Shown piece after piece: positions 1 through 9,494 of a DNA stretch of 64,000 nt. The stretch lies in the NCBI GenBank assembly GCA_963836075.1, contig CAWIIB010000009.1:896001-960000 (forward strand), written 5' to 3'. The notes beneath the pieces were generated by a model that did not search any database, was not told where the DNA came from, and worked only from the letters and a program-made list of their open reading frames with translations. The translations under genes were made by a program, and so were the position numbers. Numbering within the stretch: position 1 is the stretch's first letter; every line of letters begins with the position of its first letter. This DNA comes from an uncultured Acidobacteriota bacterium (GTDB taxonomy: Bacteria; Acidobacteriota; JAQAZP01).

Positions 1-150
1 ATCGCGCTCGGCGGTGAGGCCGGCGGCGCGGCGGAAACGCCGCACCATGGCGCAGTAGCTGGCCAGCCGGCCGGCCAGCTCCTGGCTGTGGGGCAGTCCG
101 GCCAGCGCCAGACCTTCCTCCACCAGTGGGAGAAATTGTGATCCGCTCAT
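1..150 (-). CDS. rsmG: 16S rRNA m7G527 methyltransferase RsmG/GidB, N-terminal part (runs off the window)
   Basis: ATG at 150 overlaps the mnmG stop (ATGA). Translation MSGSQFLPLVEEGLALAGL...LASYCAMVRRFRRAAGLTAERD resembles the GidB N-terminus, and the gidA-gidB order is canonical. Confidence 0.75.
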   Translation of the reverse strand, partial: MSGSQFLPLVEEGLALAGLPHSQELAGRLASYCAMVRRFRRAAGLTAERD

Positions 151-2024
151 TCCCGATCCCCCTGCTTCAGGTGGACCCGGATGGCCACCAGGTCCGCCGG
201 GGTGACCCCGGGGATCCGGCCGGCCATGCCGTAGGTCTCCGGACGCAGCCGGTCCAGCTTCTCCGCCGCCTCCCGCTTGAGGCTGGGGACCCCGCGGTAA
301 TCGAGGTCCTCGGGAAGCCGCCGTCCCTCCATCCGGGCCGCCTTCTCGGCTTCGCGGGTTTCCCGCTCGATATAGCCTTCATACTTGATGGCGTAGTAGA
401 GGCGGCGCCGCTCCCCGCGGTTGAGGCCGTCCAGCGCCTCCACATCCAGCGGCGAGGTCTCTCCGTCGAGGAATGCCCCCGGCCGGCGCAGCAGCTCCTC
501 GAGACTGGTGGGCCGCGAGGGCCGGAACCCGTAAGCCGCTTCCACCTTACCGGCCATCGGGCTCTCCGGCTTGACCACCAGTGCGCGCAGGCGGATGCGG
601 GCCCCGTCCACCCGGGCCTCGCTCTCCTCGAATCGCTGCAGCCGCTCTCCGGAAACCAGCCCCAGCCGGGCCCCGTGGCGCAGCAGCCGCTGCTCGGCGG
701 TATCGATCCCCAGCAGCAGCCGGTGTTCGGCCCGGGAGGTGAACATGCGATACGGCTCGGCGGTGCCCAGGGTCACAAGGTCGTCCACCAGCACCCCGAC
801 GTATGCCTCGGCACGACCCAGCACCAGCGGTTCCCTTCCTTGCCCCAGCCCCAGCACGGCATTGACCCCGGCCACCAGGCCCTGGGCCGCCGCCTCCTCG
901 TAGCCCGAGGTGCCGTTGACCTGGCCGGCATGGTAGAGCCCGCGTACCGCACGGGTTTCCAGCGAGGGGCGCAGCTGCTCCGGGGGGACGAAATCATACT
1001 CGATGGCGTAGCCCGGCCGGAGCATCTCGGCCCGCTCCAGCCCGGGAATGGCGCGGACCATCTCCTGCTGGACCTCCTCGGGCATGGAGTTGGAGAGGCC
1101 GTTGAGGTAGATGCTGCGGCTTTCCGGACCTTCGGGTTCCAGCACCAGCTGGTGCTCGTCCTTGTGGGCGAAACGGACCACCTTGTCCTCGATGGAGGGG
1201 CAGTAGCGGGGCCCCACCCCGGTGATGGCCCCGCCGTATAGCGCCGACCGGTCGAGGTTCTGCTGGACGATCTCCTTCAGCCGCGGGCCGGTGAACCCCA
1301 TGTGACAGGAGATGATGTTCGGCCCGGTGTGCGCGGTTTCAAAGGAAAAGGGAACCGCATCGTCCTCCCCGGGCTGCTCGTCAAAGACGGAGAAGTCGAT
1401 GGTGCCGGCGTCCAGACGGGGCGGGGTCCCGGTTTTCAGGCGGCCCAGTCGAAAGCCCAGGCGGCGCAGGGATTGGGAGAGCGCGGCTGCCGGGGGCTCG
1501 CCGTCCCGCCCGGCGGGGAGGGTGCGCCGGCCCATGTGGATCAGGCCGCCCAGAAAGGTGCCCGCGGCCAGGACCACGGCGGCAGCGGCAAACCGGCGGC
1601 CGTCGGCGGTGAGCACCGCGTCCACGCGCCCGTCCCGCGTGCCGATCTCCACTGCCTCGCCCTCGGCCAGGTCGAGCCCCTCCCGGGACTGCAGCCGCTC
1701 CAGCATCAGGCGGGCGTAAAGCGCCTTGTCCTCCTGGGCCCGGGTGGCCTGGACCGCCGGCCCCTTGCTGCTGTTCAGGGTGCGGAAGTGAATCCCGGCC
1801 GCATCGGACAGCTTTGCCATCACACCGCCAAGGGCATCGATTTCGCGAACCAGGTGTCCCTTGGCCAGCCCGCCCACCGAGGGGTTGCAGGGCATGGCGG
1901 CGACCTTGTCCCTGCTCATGCTCAGCAGCAGTGTCCGGGCGCCCATGCCGGCGGCGGCCAGAGCGGCCTCGCAACCGGCGTGCCCACCGCCCACCACCAG
2001 CACGTCATACCGATCAATGCCCAT
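147..2024 (-). CDS. mnmG: tRNA uridine 5-carboxymethylaminomethyl modification enzyme MnmG/GidA
   Basis: 625 aa; motifs VVGGGHAGCEAA, MPCNPSVGG, RLKTGTPPR, GPRYCPSIEDK, GQVNGTSGYEEAAAQG. Confidence 0.98.
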   Translation of the reverse strand: MGIDRYDVLVVGGGHAGCEAALAAAGMGARTLLLSMSRDKVAAMPCNPSVGGLAKGHLVREIDALGGVMAKLSDAAGIHFRTLNSSKGPAVQATRAQEDKALYARLMLERLQSREGLDLAEGEAVEIGTRDGRVDAVLTADGRRFAAAAVVLAAGTFLGGLIHMGRRTLPAGRDGEPPAAALSQSLRRLGFRLGRLKTGTPPRLDAGTIDFSVFDEQPGEDDAVPFSFETAHTGPNIISCHMGFTGPRLKEIVQQNLDRSALYGGAITGVGPRYCPSIEDKVVRFAHKDEHQLVLEPEGPESRSIYLNGLSNSMPEEVQQEMVRAIPGLERAEMLRPGYAIEYDFVPPEQLRPSLETRAVRGLYHAGQVNGTSGYEEAAAQGLVAGVNAVLGLGQGREPLVLGRAEAYVGVLVDDLVTLGTAEPYRMFTSRAEHRLLLGIDTAEQRLLRHGARLGLVSGERLQRFEESEARVDGARIRLRALVVKPESPMAGKVEAAYGFRPSRPTSLEELLRRPGAFLDGETSPLDVEALDGLNRGERRRLYYAIKYEGYIERETREAEKAARMEGRRLPEDLDYRGVPSLKREAAEKLDRLRPETYGMAGRIPGVTPADLVAIRVHLKQGDRE

Positions 2025-2047
2025 CCGCCTTCACACTCTTCTTCCAA

Positions 2048-2220
2048 TCAGGTCGGGTCGTGTTGCTCCTGAGCGACGTTGGAGCGCTTCGCGACCGGAG
2101 CGAAGAGCAACATCGCCTGCCCCCTCTTGCTTTCCTCCCCCACTCAGGTCAGGTCGTGTTGCTCCTGAGCGACGTTGGAGCGCTTCGCGACCGGAGCGAA
2201 GAGCAACACGACCTGACCCC
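2048..2220. repeat. Tandem pair of about 77-bp palindromic REP/MITE-like elements (2048-2124, 2144-2220)
   Basis: Two near-identical copies 96 bp apart. Copy 2 has an 18-bp perfect inverted repeat ggtcaggtcgtgttgctc / gagcaacacgacctgacc. The copies end in cctgcccc and cctgacccc. Confidence 0.9.
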
Positions 2221-2221
2221 C

Positions 2222-3619
2222 TTACTTTCCGATACAGAACCGGTCGAAGATTCGCCGCAGCAGCCGGTCGGGGAGCGTGCGCCCGGAAAAGCTGTCCAGG
2301 GCCTCCAGCGCCCGCCGCAGGTGGTGGGCCGCCAGTTCCTCACCCTCACCGCCCTCCAGGCCGCGCCGGGCAAGGGCCAGGTCCTTCCGTGCCGCGTCCA
2401 GCACTTTCCGCTGGCGAAGGTTGATCATGAACCCGCCGCCCTCACCCGCGGTCCGCCCCCAGACCTCGTCCACCCGGGCTGCCAAGCTCCGCTCCAGTTC
2501 CCGGAAACCGCGACCGGTCTTTGCCGAGAGCGGGATGACGTTCTCCAGGCCCAGCTGCCGCAGCCGCTCCCGGTGCGGCTCAGGCGGCGCCAGATCGACC
2601 TTGTTCAGCAACACCAACCCTTCCCGGGCCCGCGGTCCGCGGCAGAGCTCCCGGTCCCGCCGGGTGAACGGCCGCGAGGCGTCCACCACCAACAGCAGGA
2701 CCTCGGCCCGGGCCAGGGCCTGGCGGCTTTTACGCATCCCGGCCCGTTCCGCCTCGCTGCGCGGCGTGGAGAGCCCGGCGGTGTCGAAGAGCCTCACCCG
2801 TATCGGCCCGGCATGGTATTGCGCCTCGAGCAGGTCCCTTGTGGTTCCGGGTGCGGCGGTGACAATGGCCTGGTTTTTTCTCAGCAACCTGTTGAAAACA
2901 CTAGACTTGCCGGCGTTGGCCCGGCCGGCCAGAGTCACCCGGACCCCCTCGCGGAGCAGACGGCCCCGCTGAAACTCCCGGCTCATCCCGGCCAGCTGCT
3001 GTTCAAGGCCGCCCAGGCGATCGGAGGTGGCGGCCCCCGGCTCTTCCGGTCCCAGCTCCTCGGGAAACTCGATGGCCGCCTCCAGCAGGGCCAGCCGTTC
3101 TTCCAGCTGTTCGCGAAGTGTTGCTATGATCCGCGAGGGCTTGCCTTCCAGGGTGGCCATGGCGTTGAGCGCCTCTCCGAGACTGTCGGAGCGGATCAGG
3201 GCATCCACCGCCTCGGCCTGGGCCAGGTCGAGCTTGGAGTTGAGGTGGGCGCGCAGCGAAAACTCGCCGGGGTCGGCGGGCCGCGCACCCAGGGTGGCCG
3301 CCTCCTCGGCCAGCCGGGCCAGAACCGCCGGGCTGCCATGGCAGGTCAGCTCGGCCATCTGCTGGCCGGTGTAGCTCTTCGGGGCCGCAAAAAAGAGCAC
3401 CACCACCTGGTCCAGTTCCAGGGCCCCGCCGTCCAGCACCGCCCGGCCGAAGTATGCACGCCAGGGCTGCGGCCGGAAACGCCGGCCAGCGGGGAAACGG
3501 ACCAGCCGGCGGCAGATGTCCCACGACTCACTGCCGCTGAACCGTACCACCCCCAGGGCGCCGTGGCCCGGCGGCGTGGCCACCGCTACGATAGTGTCCT
3601 GTTCGTCAATCGGCTTCAT
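2222..3619 (-). CDS. mnmE: tRNA modification GTPase MnmE/TrmE
   Basis: DTIVAVATPPG, GRANAGKSS, GTTRD, DTAG, NKVD and the C-terminal FCIGK. Confidence 0.97.
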   Translation of the reverse strand: MKPIDEQDTIVAVATPPGHGALGVVRFSGSESWDICRRLVRFPAGRRFRPQPWRAYFGRAVLDGGALELDQVVVLFFAAPKSYTGQQMAELTCHGSPAVLARLAEEAATLGARPADPGEFSLRAHLNSKLDLAQAEAVDALIRSDSLGEALNAMATLEGKPSRIIATLREQLEERLALLEAAIEFPEELGPEEPGAATSDRLGGLEQQLAGMSREFQRGRLLREGVRVTLAGRANAGKSSVFNRLLRKNQAIVTAAPGTTRDLLEAQYHAGPIRVRLFDTAGLSTPRSEAERAGMRKSRQALARAEVLLLVVDASRPFTRRDRELCRGPRAREGLVLLNKVDLAPPEPHRERLRQLGLENVIPLSAKTGRGFRELERSLAARVDEVWGRTAGEGGGFMINLRQRKVLDAARKDLALARRGLEGGEGEELAAHHLRRALEALDSFSGRTLPDRLLRRIFDRFCIGK

Positions 3620-3688
3620 GGCGTTAATCTGAACGAATTGCCGGTCGCGGTCAAGCGGAGACCGGCGCCCGCTTAACCCGGCGTACGC

Positions 3689-3718
3689 AAAAGAGCCGAC
3701 CCCCAGGGGCCGGCTCCC
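3689..3718 (-). terminator. Probable intrinsic terminator after jag
   Basis: Minus strand reads gagccggcccc-tg-ggggtcggctc followed by tttt. Confidence 0.55.
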
Positions 3719-3744
3719 GTGCTCCGATGGGTTGCAGGGCGGTT

Positions 3745-4650
3745 TCAGATCCGGGTGACCCGGATCTTCTTCATGTACCCTTCGCCAAGGCTTACGGTGG
3801 TCACCAGGTCGTCATCCACCAGCGCCAGGTGGACGATGCGCCGCTCGTAGGGATTCATCGGGTTGAGGAACGCGTCATCTCCGTTCTTCTTCACCCGGTC
3901 GGCCGTGCGGTTGGCGATTTCCTTCAGCTCGTTCTCCCGGCGCAGCCGGTAGCCCTGGCAGTCCACCTGGAGCTTGCGGCGGATCAGGCCGCGTTTGTAG
4001 AGCATCTTGCCCAGGATCAACTGCAGCGAGAGCAGGGCGGCCCCCTTCTTCTCCAGCAGGTAGTCCTGGTCCTCGCCGAAGAAGTTGATCTCCAGCCGGT
4101 CGTCGCTGGCGTCGACCTCCATCTCCAGGTTCATGCCCCAGCTGTCGATGAAGTCATCCACCAGGTCCATGATGCGGTCCAGTTCATCATCACCGCTGTC
4201 GACGGGGCGCTCCTCCCGACGGGCGGGCGGCTCCTGGCGCAGCTGTGGTTCCGGGCGCTGCTGCGGCTCCGGGCGTTGCTGCGGTTCCGGGCGTTGCTGC
4301 GGCTCCGGGCGCTGCTGCGGCTCCGGGCGCTGTTGCGGTTCCGGGCGCTGTTGCGGTTCCGGGCGCTGTTGCGGCTCCGGGCGCCGCTGCGGTTCCGGGT
4401 GCCGCTGCTGAGCGGGACGCCTGGCCGGCGATGGCGCTTCGGCCGCGGCTTCCACCGGCGCACCGCCGGCGGCCGGGGTGTACTTGAGCACCCGGATGCG
4501 GTATTCCTTTGAACCGCCCATGAAGAAGAAGCGCTTGGGGGTCTCGAGCAGCTTGTACTCGATGCTCTTTTCGTTGGCTGCCAGCTCCTGGGCAGCCAGC
4601 TCAAGCGCCTCCTCGATGGTCTTCCCGGCAAACTCGTGCTGGTCGGTCAT
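3745..4650 (-). CDS. jag: Jag/EloR (KhpB) RNA-binding protein with Jag_N, KH and R3H domains
   Basis: N-terminal GKTIEEALELA; R3H motif MNPYERRIVHLAL; lies downstream of yidC. Confidence 0.93.
   Translation of the reverse strand: MTDQHEFAGKTIEEALELAAQELAANEKSIEYKLLETPKRFFFMGGSKEYRIRVLKYTPAAGGAPVEAAAEAPSPARRPAQQRHPEPQRRPEPQQRPEPQQRPEPQQRPEPQQRPEPQQRPEPQQRPEPQQRPEPQLRQEPPARREERPVDSGDDELDRIMDLVDDFIDSWGMNLEMEVDASDDRLEINFFGEDQDYLLEKKGAALLSLQLILGKMLYKRGLIRRKLQVDCQGYRLRRENELKEIANRTADRVKKNGDDAFLNPMNPYERRIVHLALVDDDLVTTVSLGEGYMKKIRVTRI
4237..4398 (-). repeat. Nine 18-bp coding tandem repeats (PEPQQR) in the Jag linker
   Basis: Nine gcg(c/t)tg(c/t)tgcgg(c/t)tccgg-type units read directly from the sequence; the end units are slightly variant. 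Confidence 0.95.
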
Positions 4651-6548
4651 TTTTTCTTCCTCGGCTTGGTCGCCACGGTCTTCGCTGATTTCTCCTTCTT
4701 CCCGGCAAGAGCCGCAGCCGGCTGGTCCTTCTGCCGGTTGATGTACAACTGCTGGAAGATGGACAGCACGTTGTTCACCAGCCAGTAGAGCACCAGTCCG
4801 CTGGGAAGGTTGATGAAGAAAACGGTGAAGATCAGTGGCATCAATGTAAACATCCGTCTCTGGGTGGGATCGACGGATGCCATCGGAGTCAGTTTTTGCT
4901 GGAGGAACATGGTGGCCCCCATGACAATGGGGGTCACGTAGAAGGGATCCTTGAGCGAGAGGTCCTGGATCCAGAAGATGAAGGGGGCCTGGCGCAGCTC
5001 GATGGCCACGGGCAGGAAGCTGTAGAAGGCATAGAGCACCGGCAGCTGCAGCAGGAGCGGGAAGCAGCCGCCCAGCGGGTTGACCCCCTCTTTCTTGTAG
5101 AGGGCCATCACCTCCTCGTTCATTTTCTGCCGGTCCTTCATGTCCCCCTTGGGCTTCTTGTACTTGGCCTGGATCGCCTTCATCTGCGGCTGCACCGACT
5201 GCATCTTCTTCATCGAAGAAAGCTGCTTGTGGGTCAGCGGGAGGAAAAGGATCTTGATGATGATGGTCAGGATGATGATGGCAAAGCCGTAGTTGCCCAG
5301 GACGTCGTAAATGGCGTTGAGCAACCAGAGCAGCGGCCGGCCGATGAATCCGAAGAAACCGAAGTCGATGATCTCGTTCGGGTTCAGTCCGCCGGCACGG
5401 AGGGCATCCTCCTCCTTGGGCCCCACATAGAGGTCGAAGCGCGGGCTCTCCACGCTGACCGTGGTGGAAACGGCGAGCTGGATCTCGGGCTGGGTGGCTT
5501 TTTTCTCCTCGTCCTCCGCCGCCGGCACCTCCACGCTGAAGCGGTGGATGCGGGCCGGGCCCGGCGCGGCTTCGGGGACCATGGCGAAGACGAAGTAGTT
5601 GTCTTCGATGCCGATCCAGCGCACCCGGCTCTCCACCAGCAGCGTGTCGCCCTGGCGGAGGTAGGGCAGCCGCTTGCGGATAAAGCCGAGCAGATACCCC
5701 GATTCGTCCCCGCTCTTGGCCACGTCACGGTCGGCCACCCGCTCAATTTTTGTGGAGCCTCCCGGTGGGGCCGTCTCCAGCAGGACACGGCCGAAGAAGA
5801 GGTACCGGTTCTTCGCTTCTTCCTTCGAAGGGTTGCCCATCCCCGGCCCCAGCAGGATCTCGTATTCCTGAGGGATGCCCTGGTCCTTGACCTGGCAGCT
5901 GAACCCCACGTGGTAGTTGTCGCGGTAGAAGACGAACTCCTTGGCCACCTCGAGGCCGCGGCCGTCGGCGTAGACCAGCCGCAGCGTGTCGGCCACATCG
6001 CCGGCAAAGGTATCGGTGAGCCCCGGGTCCACGGGGGCCGACCGCTCCACCTGCCAGAGAGCCGAGTTGATCCGGGCCGAGGTCTCCGGCCCGCCGTAGG
6101 AGATCTCCAGGGGCAGGTGGCCCAGGGTGTGGGCATTTGCCGACACCAGTTCCAGGGAATCCCCGTTGCCGCCATTAAAAGACTTGAGGGTCCAGCTCTT
6201 GACCCGGCCGCCGGCATTGGTCAGCTCCACCCGATACAGGCCGTCTTCGATCACCACCGCCTGTTCGGCCGCGGCAACCACCTGCGGCCAGGATTGCTGA
6301 TCGGCGACGGCCGCCGGTTCCTGTTCCGCCGTTGCGGGTTCCGCCGCGGGCTCCGCGGCGGGCTCCGCCGCACTCTCGGTCACCGGCGGCATCGCGGCGG
6401 CACGCTCGGCGGCGGCGGCCTCCAGCAGCGCCTGTTCCGCAACGGCCTGCTCGCGCAACAGTTCCTGCTTTGGCGCTACGACGAAGTGGTTCCAGAGGAG
6501 AATGACCAGGATCGAGAGGACGATGACGACGATCGTGCGTTTTTCCAT
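4647..6548 (-). CDS. yidC: Membrane protein insertase YidC
   Basis: MEKR start, large periplasmic domain, GNYGFAIIILT, GVNPLGGCFPLLLQ, LPSGLVLYW. Confidence 0.97.
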   Translation of the reverse strand: MEKRTIVVIVLSILVILLWNHFVVAPKQELLREQAVAEQALLEAAAAERAAAMPPVTESAAEPAAEPAAEPATAEQEPAAVADQQSWPQVVAAAEQAVVIEDGLYRVELTNAGGRVKSWTLKSFNGGNGDSLELVSANAHTLGHLPLEISYGGPETSARINSALWQVERSAPVDPGLTDTFAGDVADTLRLVYADGRGLEVAKEFVFYRDNYHVGFSCQVKDQGIPQEYEILLGPGMGNPSKEEAKNRYLFFGRVLLETAPPGGSTKIERVADRDVAKSGDESGYLLGFIRKRLPYLRQGDTLLVESRVRWIGIEDNYFVFAMVPEAAPGPARIHRFSVEVPAAEDEEKKATQPEIQLAVSTTVSVESPRFDLYVGPKEEDALRAGGLNPNEIIDFGFFGFIGRPLLWLLNAIYDVLGNYGFAIIILTIIIKILFLPLTHKQLSSMKKMQSVQPQMKAIQAKYKKPKGDMKDRQKMNEEVMALYKKEGVNPLGGCFPLLLQLPVLYAFYSFLPVAIELRQAPFIFWIQDLSLKDPFYVTPIVMGATMFLQQKLTPMASVDPTQRRMFTLMPLIFTVFFINLPSGLVLYWLVNNVLSIFQQLYINRQKDQPAAALAGKKEKSAKTVATKPRKKK

Positions 6549-6573
6549 GGGATGAGCTACCGTAAAATTACCT

Positions 6574-6822
6574 TCACGCGGGCGGGGGATCGAAGCCCCC
6601 GGGATGGAAGGGGTGGCACTTGAGCAGCCGCTTCAGGGCCAGGAGGCCGCCGGCCAGTACACCCTTCCGGTCAATTACCGCCCGGGCATACTCCGAGCAG
6701 GTAGGATGAAAGCGGCAACTTGGGGGAAGAAGGGGTGAGAGCGTCAGCTTGTACAGCTTGAGTAGAGCGCAAACGCCAATCCTCGGAATGAGGATCAGCC
6801 TGAATCTCGTGTTTCGCTGCAC
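6574..6822 (-). CDS. yidD: Membrane protein insertion efficiency factor YidD
   Basis: [10 protein letters not shown]...[15 protein letters not shown]. Confidence 0.95.
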   Translation of the reverse strand: MQRNTRFRLILIPRIGVCALLKLYKLTLSPLLPPSCRFHPTCSEYARAVIDRKGVLAGGLLALKRLLKCHPFHPGGFDPPPA

Positions 6823-7268
6823 TGGTTCCGGGTGTTGCGAGCCGGATCACGATCCGGCTTCTCGTGCCCTTGCCTTCCGTAAAATCTGTTCAGCCGCCTG
6901 ATGACGATACGAAATTCGTCCTCCAGTGTTCTGAGGTCCACATCCCTGATGCTCTTCTTGGCATTGACCACCAGGTCCAGGGGTTGGGCCAGCGCGAGGC
7001 GGTTTTTTCTGAATACCTCGCGCAGCAACCGCTTGGCCCGGTTGCGAACCACGGCATTGCCAATTTTCCTGGAGACGGTCAGGCCGATCCGGGAACGGTC
7101 CCCCTCCGCCACAGCATGATAGACCACCATGGTGCGGGAGAAGAGCGCGTTCTTTTCCCCGTAGATCTGCTTGTAGCGGCGGCCCCTGGTGATCCGGTCT
7201 TCAGGCCGGAATGACTGGATGCCTCTTTTGCTCAAGGGGTTCCCGTCCCGGGGTGTGAAGACCCTCAT
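6795..7268 (-). CDS. rnpA: Ribonuclease P protein component (true start may be further downstream)
   Basis: [28 protein letters not shown]. Confidence 0.95.
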   Translation of the reverse strand: MRVFTPRDGNPLSKRGIQSFRPEDRITRGRRYKQIYGEKNALFSRTMVVYHAVAEGDRSRIGLTVSRKIGNAVVRNRAKRLLREVFRKNRLALAQPLDLVVNAKKSIRDVDLRTLEDEFRIVIRRLNRFYGRQGHEKPDRDPARNTRNQCSETRDSG

Positions 7269-7323
7269 GGCCGCTGTTCGGAGGGGACCGATGCGAATCG
7301 GAGAGCTCGGGGCCGAGGGCGCC

Positions 7324-7458
7324 CTAAACAGCCAGCCGTTTGCGCTTTTTTGCCCGGCGACGGTTGATGATCGTCCGGCCGCCCTTGGTCCTCATCCGCA
7401 CCAGAAACCCGTGAGTCTTTTTCCGCTTCCGGTTGTTTGGTTGAAAAGTTCTCTTCAT
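7324..7458 (-). CDS. rpmH: 50S ribosomal protein L34 (too short for the ORF track)
   Basis: Hand translation [44 protein letters not shown]. Confidence 0.97.
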   Translation of the reverse strand: MKRTFQPNNRKRKKTHGFLVRMRTKGGRTIINRRRAKKRKRLAV

Positions 7459-7497
7459 AATCCTTACCTTTCTATCCAATCAAAAATCGAACTTGGT

Positions 7498-7526
7498 ATT
7501 GTAGGGAGGGCACCAGGCCTTGTCAA
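7498..7526 (-). promoter_or_regulatory. Sigma70-type promoter for rpmH
   Basis: TTGACA-17 bp-TACAAT on the minus strand. Confidence 0.75.
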
Positions 7527-7616
7527 GAAAACCAGCCCGCTCTTTTAAGGGCCTGTCTTCGCTTTTTTTTCGCTGCCCGCCGTGCGGCAACGGGGCCCGG
7601 GAGAGGGTCGATTTAA

Positions 7617-7645
7617 TTGATAAAACGCTTGCCCTGTGCTAGAAT
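7617..7645 (+). promoter_or_regulatory. Sigma70-type promoter for dnaA
   Basis: TTGATA-17 bp-TAGAAT with an extended -10 TG. Confidence 0.65.
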
Positions 7646-7742
7646 GCATCAGTTTTAAGGGCTCAAAAGTTGCAAATTCTACCCTTCTTTCCAAGACCAT
7701 AATTATAAGAACAAGTGTATCATTTAAAAGAATTTGCTCTTT

Positions 7743-7785
7743 TTTTCCACAGGATATAAACAGTTGTTGACTACTTGTGGAAAAA
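7743..7785. promoter_or_regulatory. DnaA boxes upstream of dnaA (autoregulation, or left part of oriC)
   Basis: TTTTCCACA at 7743-7751 and its reverse complement TGTGGAAAA at 7777-7785, in an AT-rich region. Confidence 0.7.
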
Positions 7786-7882
7786 GAATTCAAGTGGCAT
7801 TCAACCGAACGTGAACCGTGACGGTTCGAGGATCCCCGCCGGAGAGTCCTCGGAACCGCCGACAAAAGGCCGGACCCCCATC

Positions 7883-9208
7883 ATGAACCTCTGGGAAAAT
7901 ATTCTCCTGGCCCTCGAAAAGAGGGTCAACCGGCACAGTCTCGACATGTGGTTCCGGAAAATCGAGGCCGTTCCCGGTGACGATAACACGCTGACCCTCC
8001 GCGTGCCGAACAATTTCTGGCGCGACATCATCTCTTCACAATACCGTCGCAGCCTCGACGAGGCCCTGGAGGAGATGAGCCTCGGTCACCTGAAAATCCT
8101 CTTCGAGGTCACCAACGGCGACGCCGAAAAGTCGGCTGAGCAGAACAGACAGCGCAGCGATGGCGAATATTTCTCCGCCGCCACCAGGCTCTCCGGTTCG
8201 ATCAACCCACGCTACACCTTCGACAGTTTCGTGGTCGGTTCCTGCAACCAGTTCGCCAATGCCGCCGGGCGGGCGGTGGCCGAGACGCCCTCCCGCTGTT
8301 ACAACCCGCTCTTTGTCTATGGCGGGACGGGCCTGGGCAAGACGCACCTTATCCACTCCATCGGCAACACGATCCTCGGCAAGTTTCCCGAACACCGGCT
8401 GATCTACATCTCCGCCGAGAAATTCATGAACGAGATGATCAACGCCATCCGCTTCAAAAAGACCGGTGACTTCCAGCGCAAATACCGCACCATCGATGTG
8501 CTGCTCATCGACGACATCCAGTTCCTGGCCGGAAAGGAAATGACCCAGGTGGAGTTTTTCCACACGTTCAACGACCTCTACAACTCGCAAAAGCAGATCG
8601 TGATGACCAGCGACTCGGCGCCCAAGGAAATCCCCAAACTGGAAGAGCGGCTCCGTTCGCGGTTCGAGTGGGGCCTCATCGCCGACATCCAGCCGCCCGA
8701 CCTGGAAACCAAGGTGGCGATCCTGCGCAAGAAAGCCGAACTGGAGGGCATCGACCTGCCGATGGACGTGGCGCTGTTCATCGCCAGCAAAATCCGTTCG
8801 AACATCCGCGAGCTGGAAGGGTCACTGATCCGGGTCATCGCCTTTGCCTCACTCACCGGCAGCAGAATAGATCTCGACCTGGCCCAGGAGACGTTGAAGA
8901 ATCTCTTCCGCGAAAACCGCAAGGTCGTCTCCATCGAAGTGATTCAGGAGATGGTGGCCGAGTTCTACAATCTCAAGCCGGCCGTGCTGAAGACGAAGAA
9001 CAACTCGCGCTGTGTGTCCTTTCCGCGGCAGATCGCGATGTATTTGAGCAAGCAGTTGACCAGCGCGTCGTTTCCGGAAATCGGGCGCAACTTCGGCGGC
9101 AAGCACCACTCCACCGTGATGCACTCGATCAAGAAAATCGAAAAGATGCGCAAGGACGATCCGGATTTCAACAAGCAGATTAACAGCTTTATTAACGCTC
9201 TGAACTGA
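7883..9208 (+). CDS. dnaA: Chromosomal replication initiator DnaA (ORF track extends it to 7775)
   Basis: NPRYTFDSFVVG, GGTGLGKTHL, LLIDDIQF, RLRSRFEWG; domain IV FGGKHHSTVMHS. Confidence 0.99.
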   Translation: MNLWENILLALEKRVNRHSLDMWFRKIEAVPGDDNTLTLRVPNNFWRDIISSQYRRSLDEALEEMSLGHLKILFEVTNGDAEKSAEQNRQRSDGEYFSAATRLSGSINPRYTFDSFVVGSCNQFANAAGRAVAETPSRCYNPLFVYGGTGLGKTHLIHSIGNTILGKFPEHRLIYISAEKFMNEMINAIRFKKTGDFQRKYRTIDVLLIDDIQFLAGKEMTQVEFFHTFNDLYNSQKQIVMTSDSAPKEIPKLEERLRSRFEWGLIADIQPPDLETKVAILRKKAELEGIDLPMDVALFIASKIRSNIRELEGSLIRVIAFASLTGSRIDLDLAQETLKNLFRENRKVVSIEVIQEMVAEFYNLKPAVLKTKNNSRCVSFPRQIAMYLSKQLTSASFPEIGRNFGGKHHSTVMHSIKKIEKMRKDDPDFNKQINSFINALN

Positions 9209-9494
9209 ACTTGCTCGTTTTTTCGACAGCGGCCCTCGAGAAATCCTGCGGAAAACGGACACCGGAAAGGGCCATCCGGTTTTTCAGTGCTTTTTCAGCG
9301 GTTCCGCCCCGGGTCTTCAACAGGGTGTGACCGGTTGCCAAATAATTGAAAAATTATCGTTCTTTTGATATTTTGCACATTACTAACAGCTTCTACGAAA
9401 GCTACTAATAGAGATTTGTTTCTATTGATCCTTATAGTCGAAGAAGAAGACTGCAGGATCAGGGGAAGGTCCTCCGTCGCCAAGGAGTGGTTTC
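9209..9494 (+). promoter_or_regulatory. Probable oriC with a basal unwinding module
   Basis: Box-like 9-mers at 9220 (ttttcgaca), 9247 (reverse ttttccgca), 9314 (tcttcaaca), and tandem at 9371 (ttttgcaca) and 9380 (ttactaaca). These are followed by trio-like CTA CGA AAG CTA CTA ATA and AT-rich DNA just before dnaN. Confidence 0.72.

Noticed and set aside
4237-4398. Possible CRISPR array
   Set aside because: The 18-bp units are contiguous with no spacers and lie in frame within jag; no cas genes are present.
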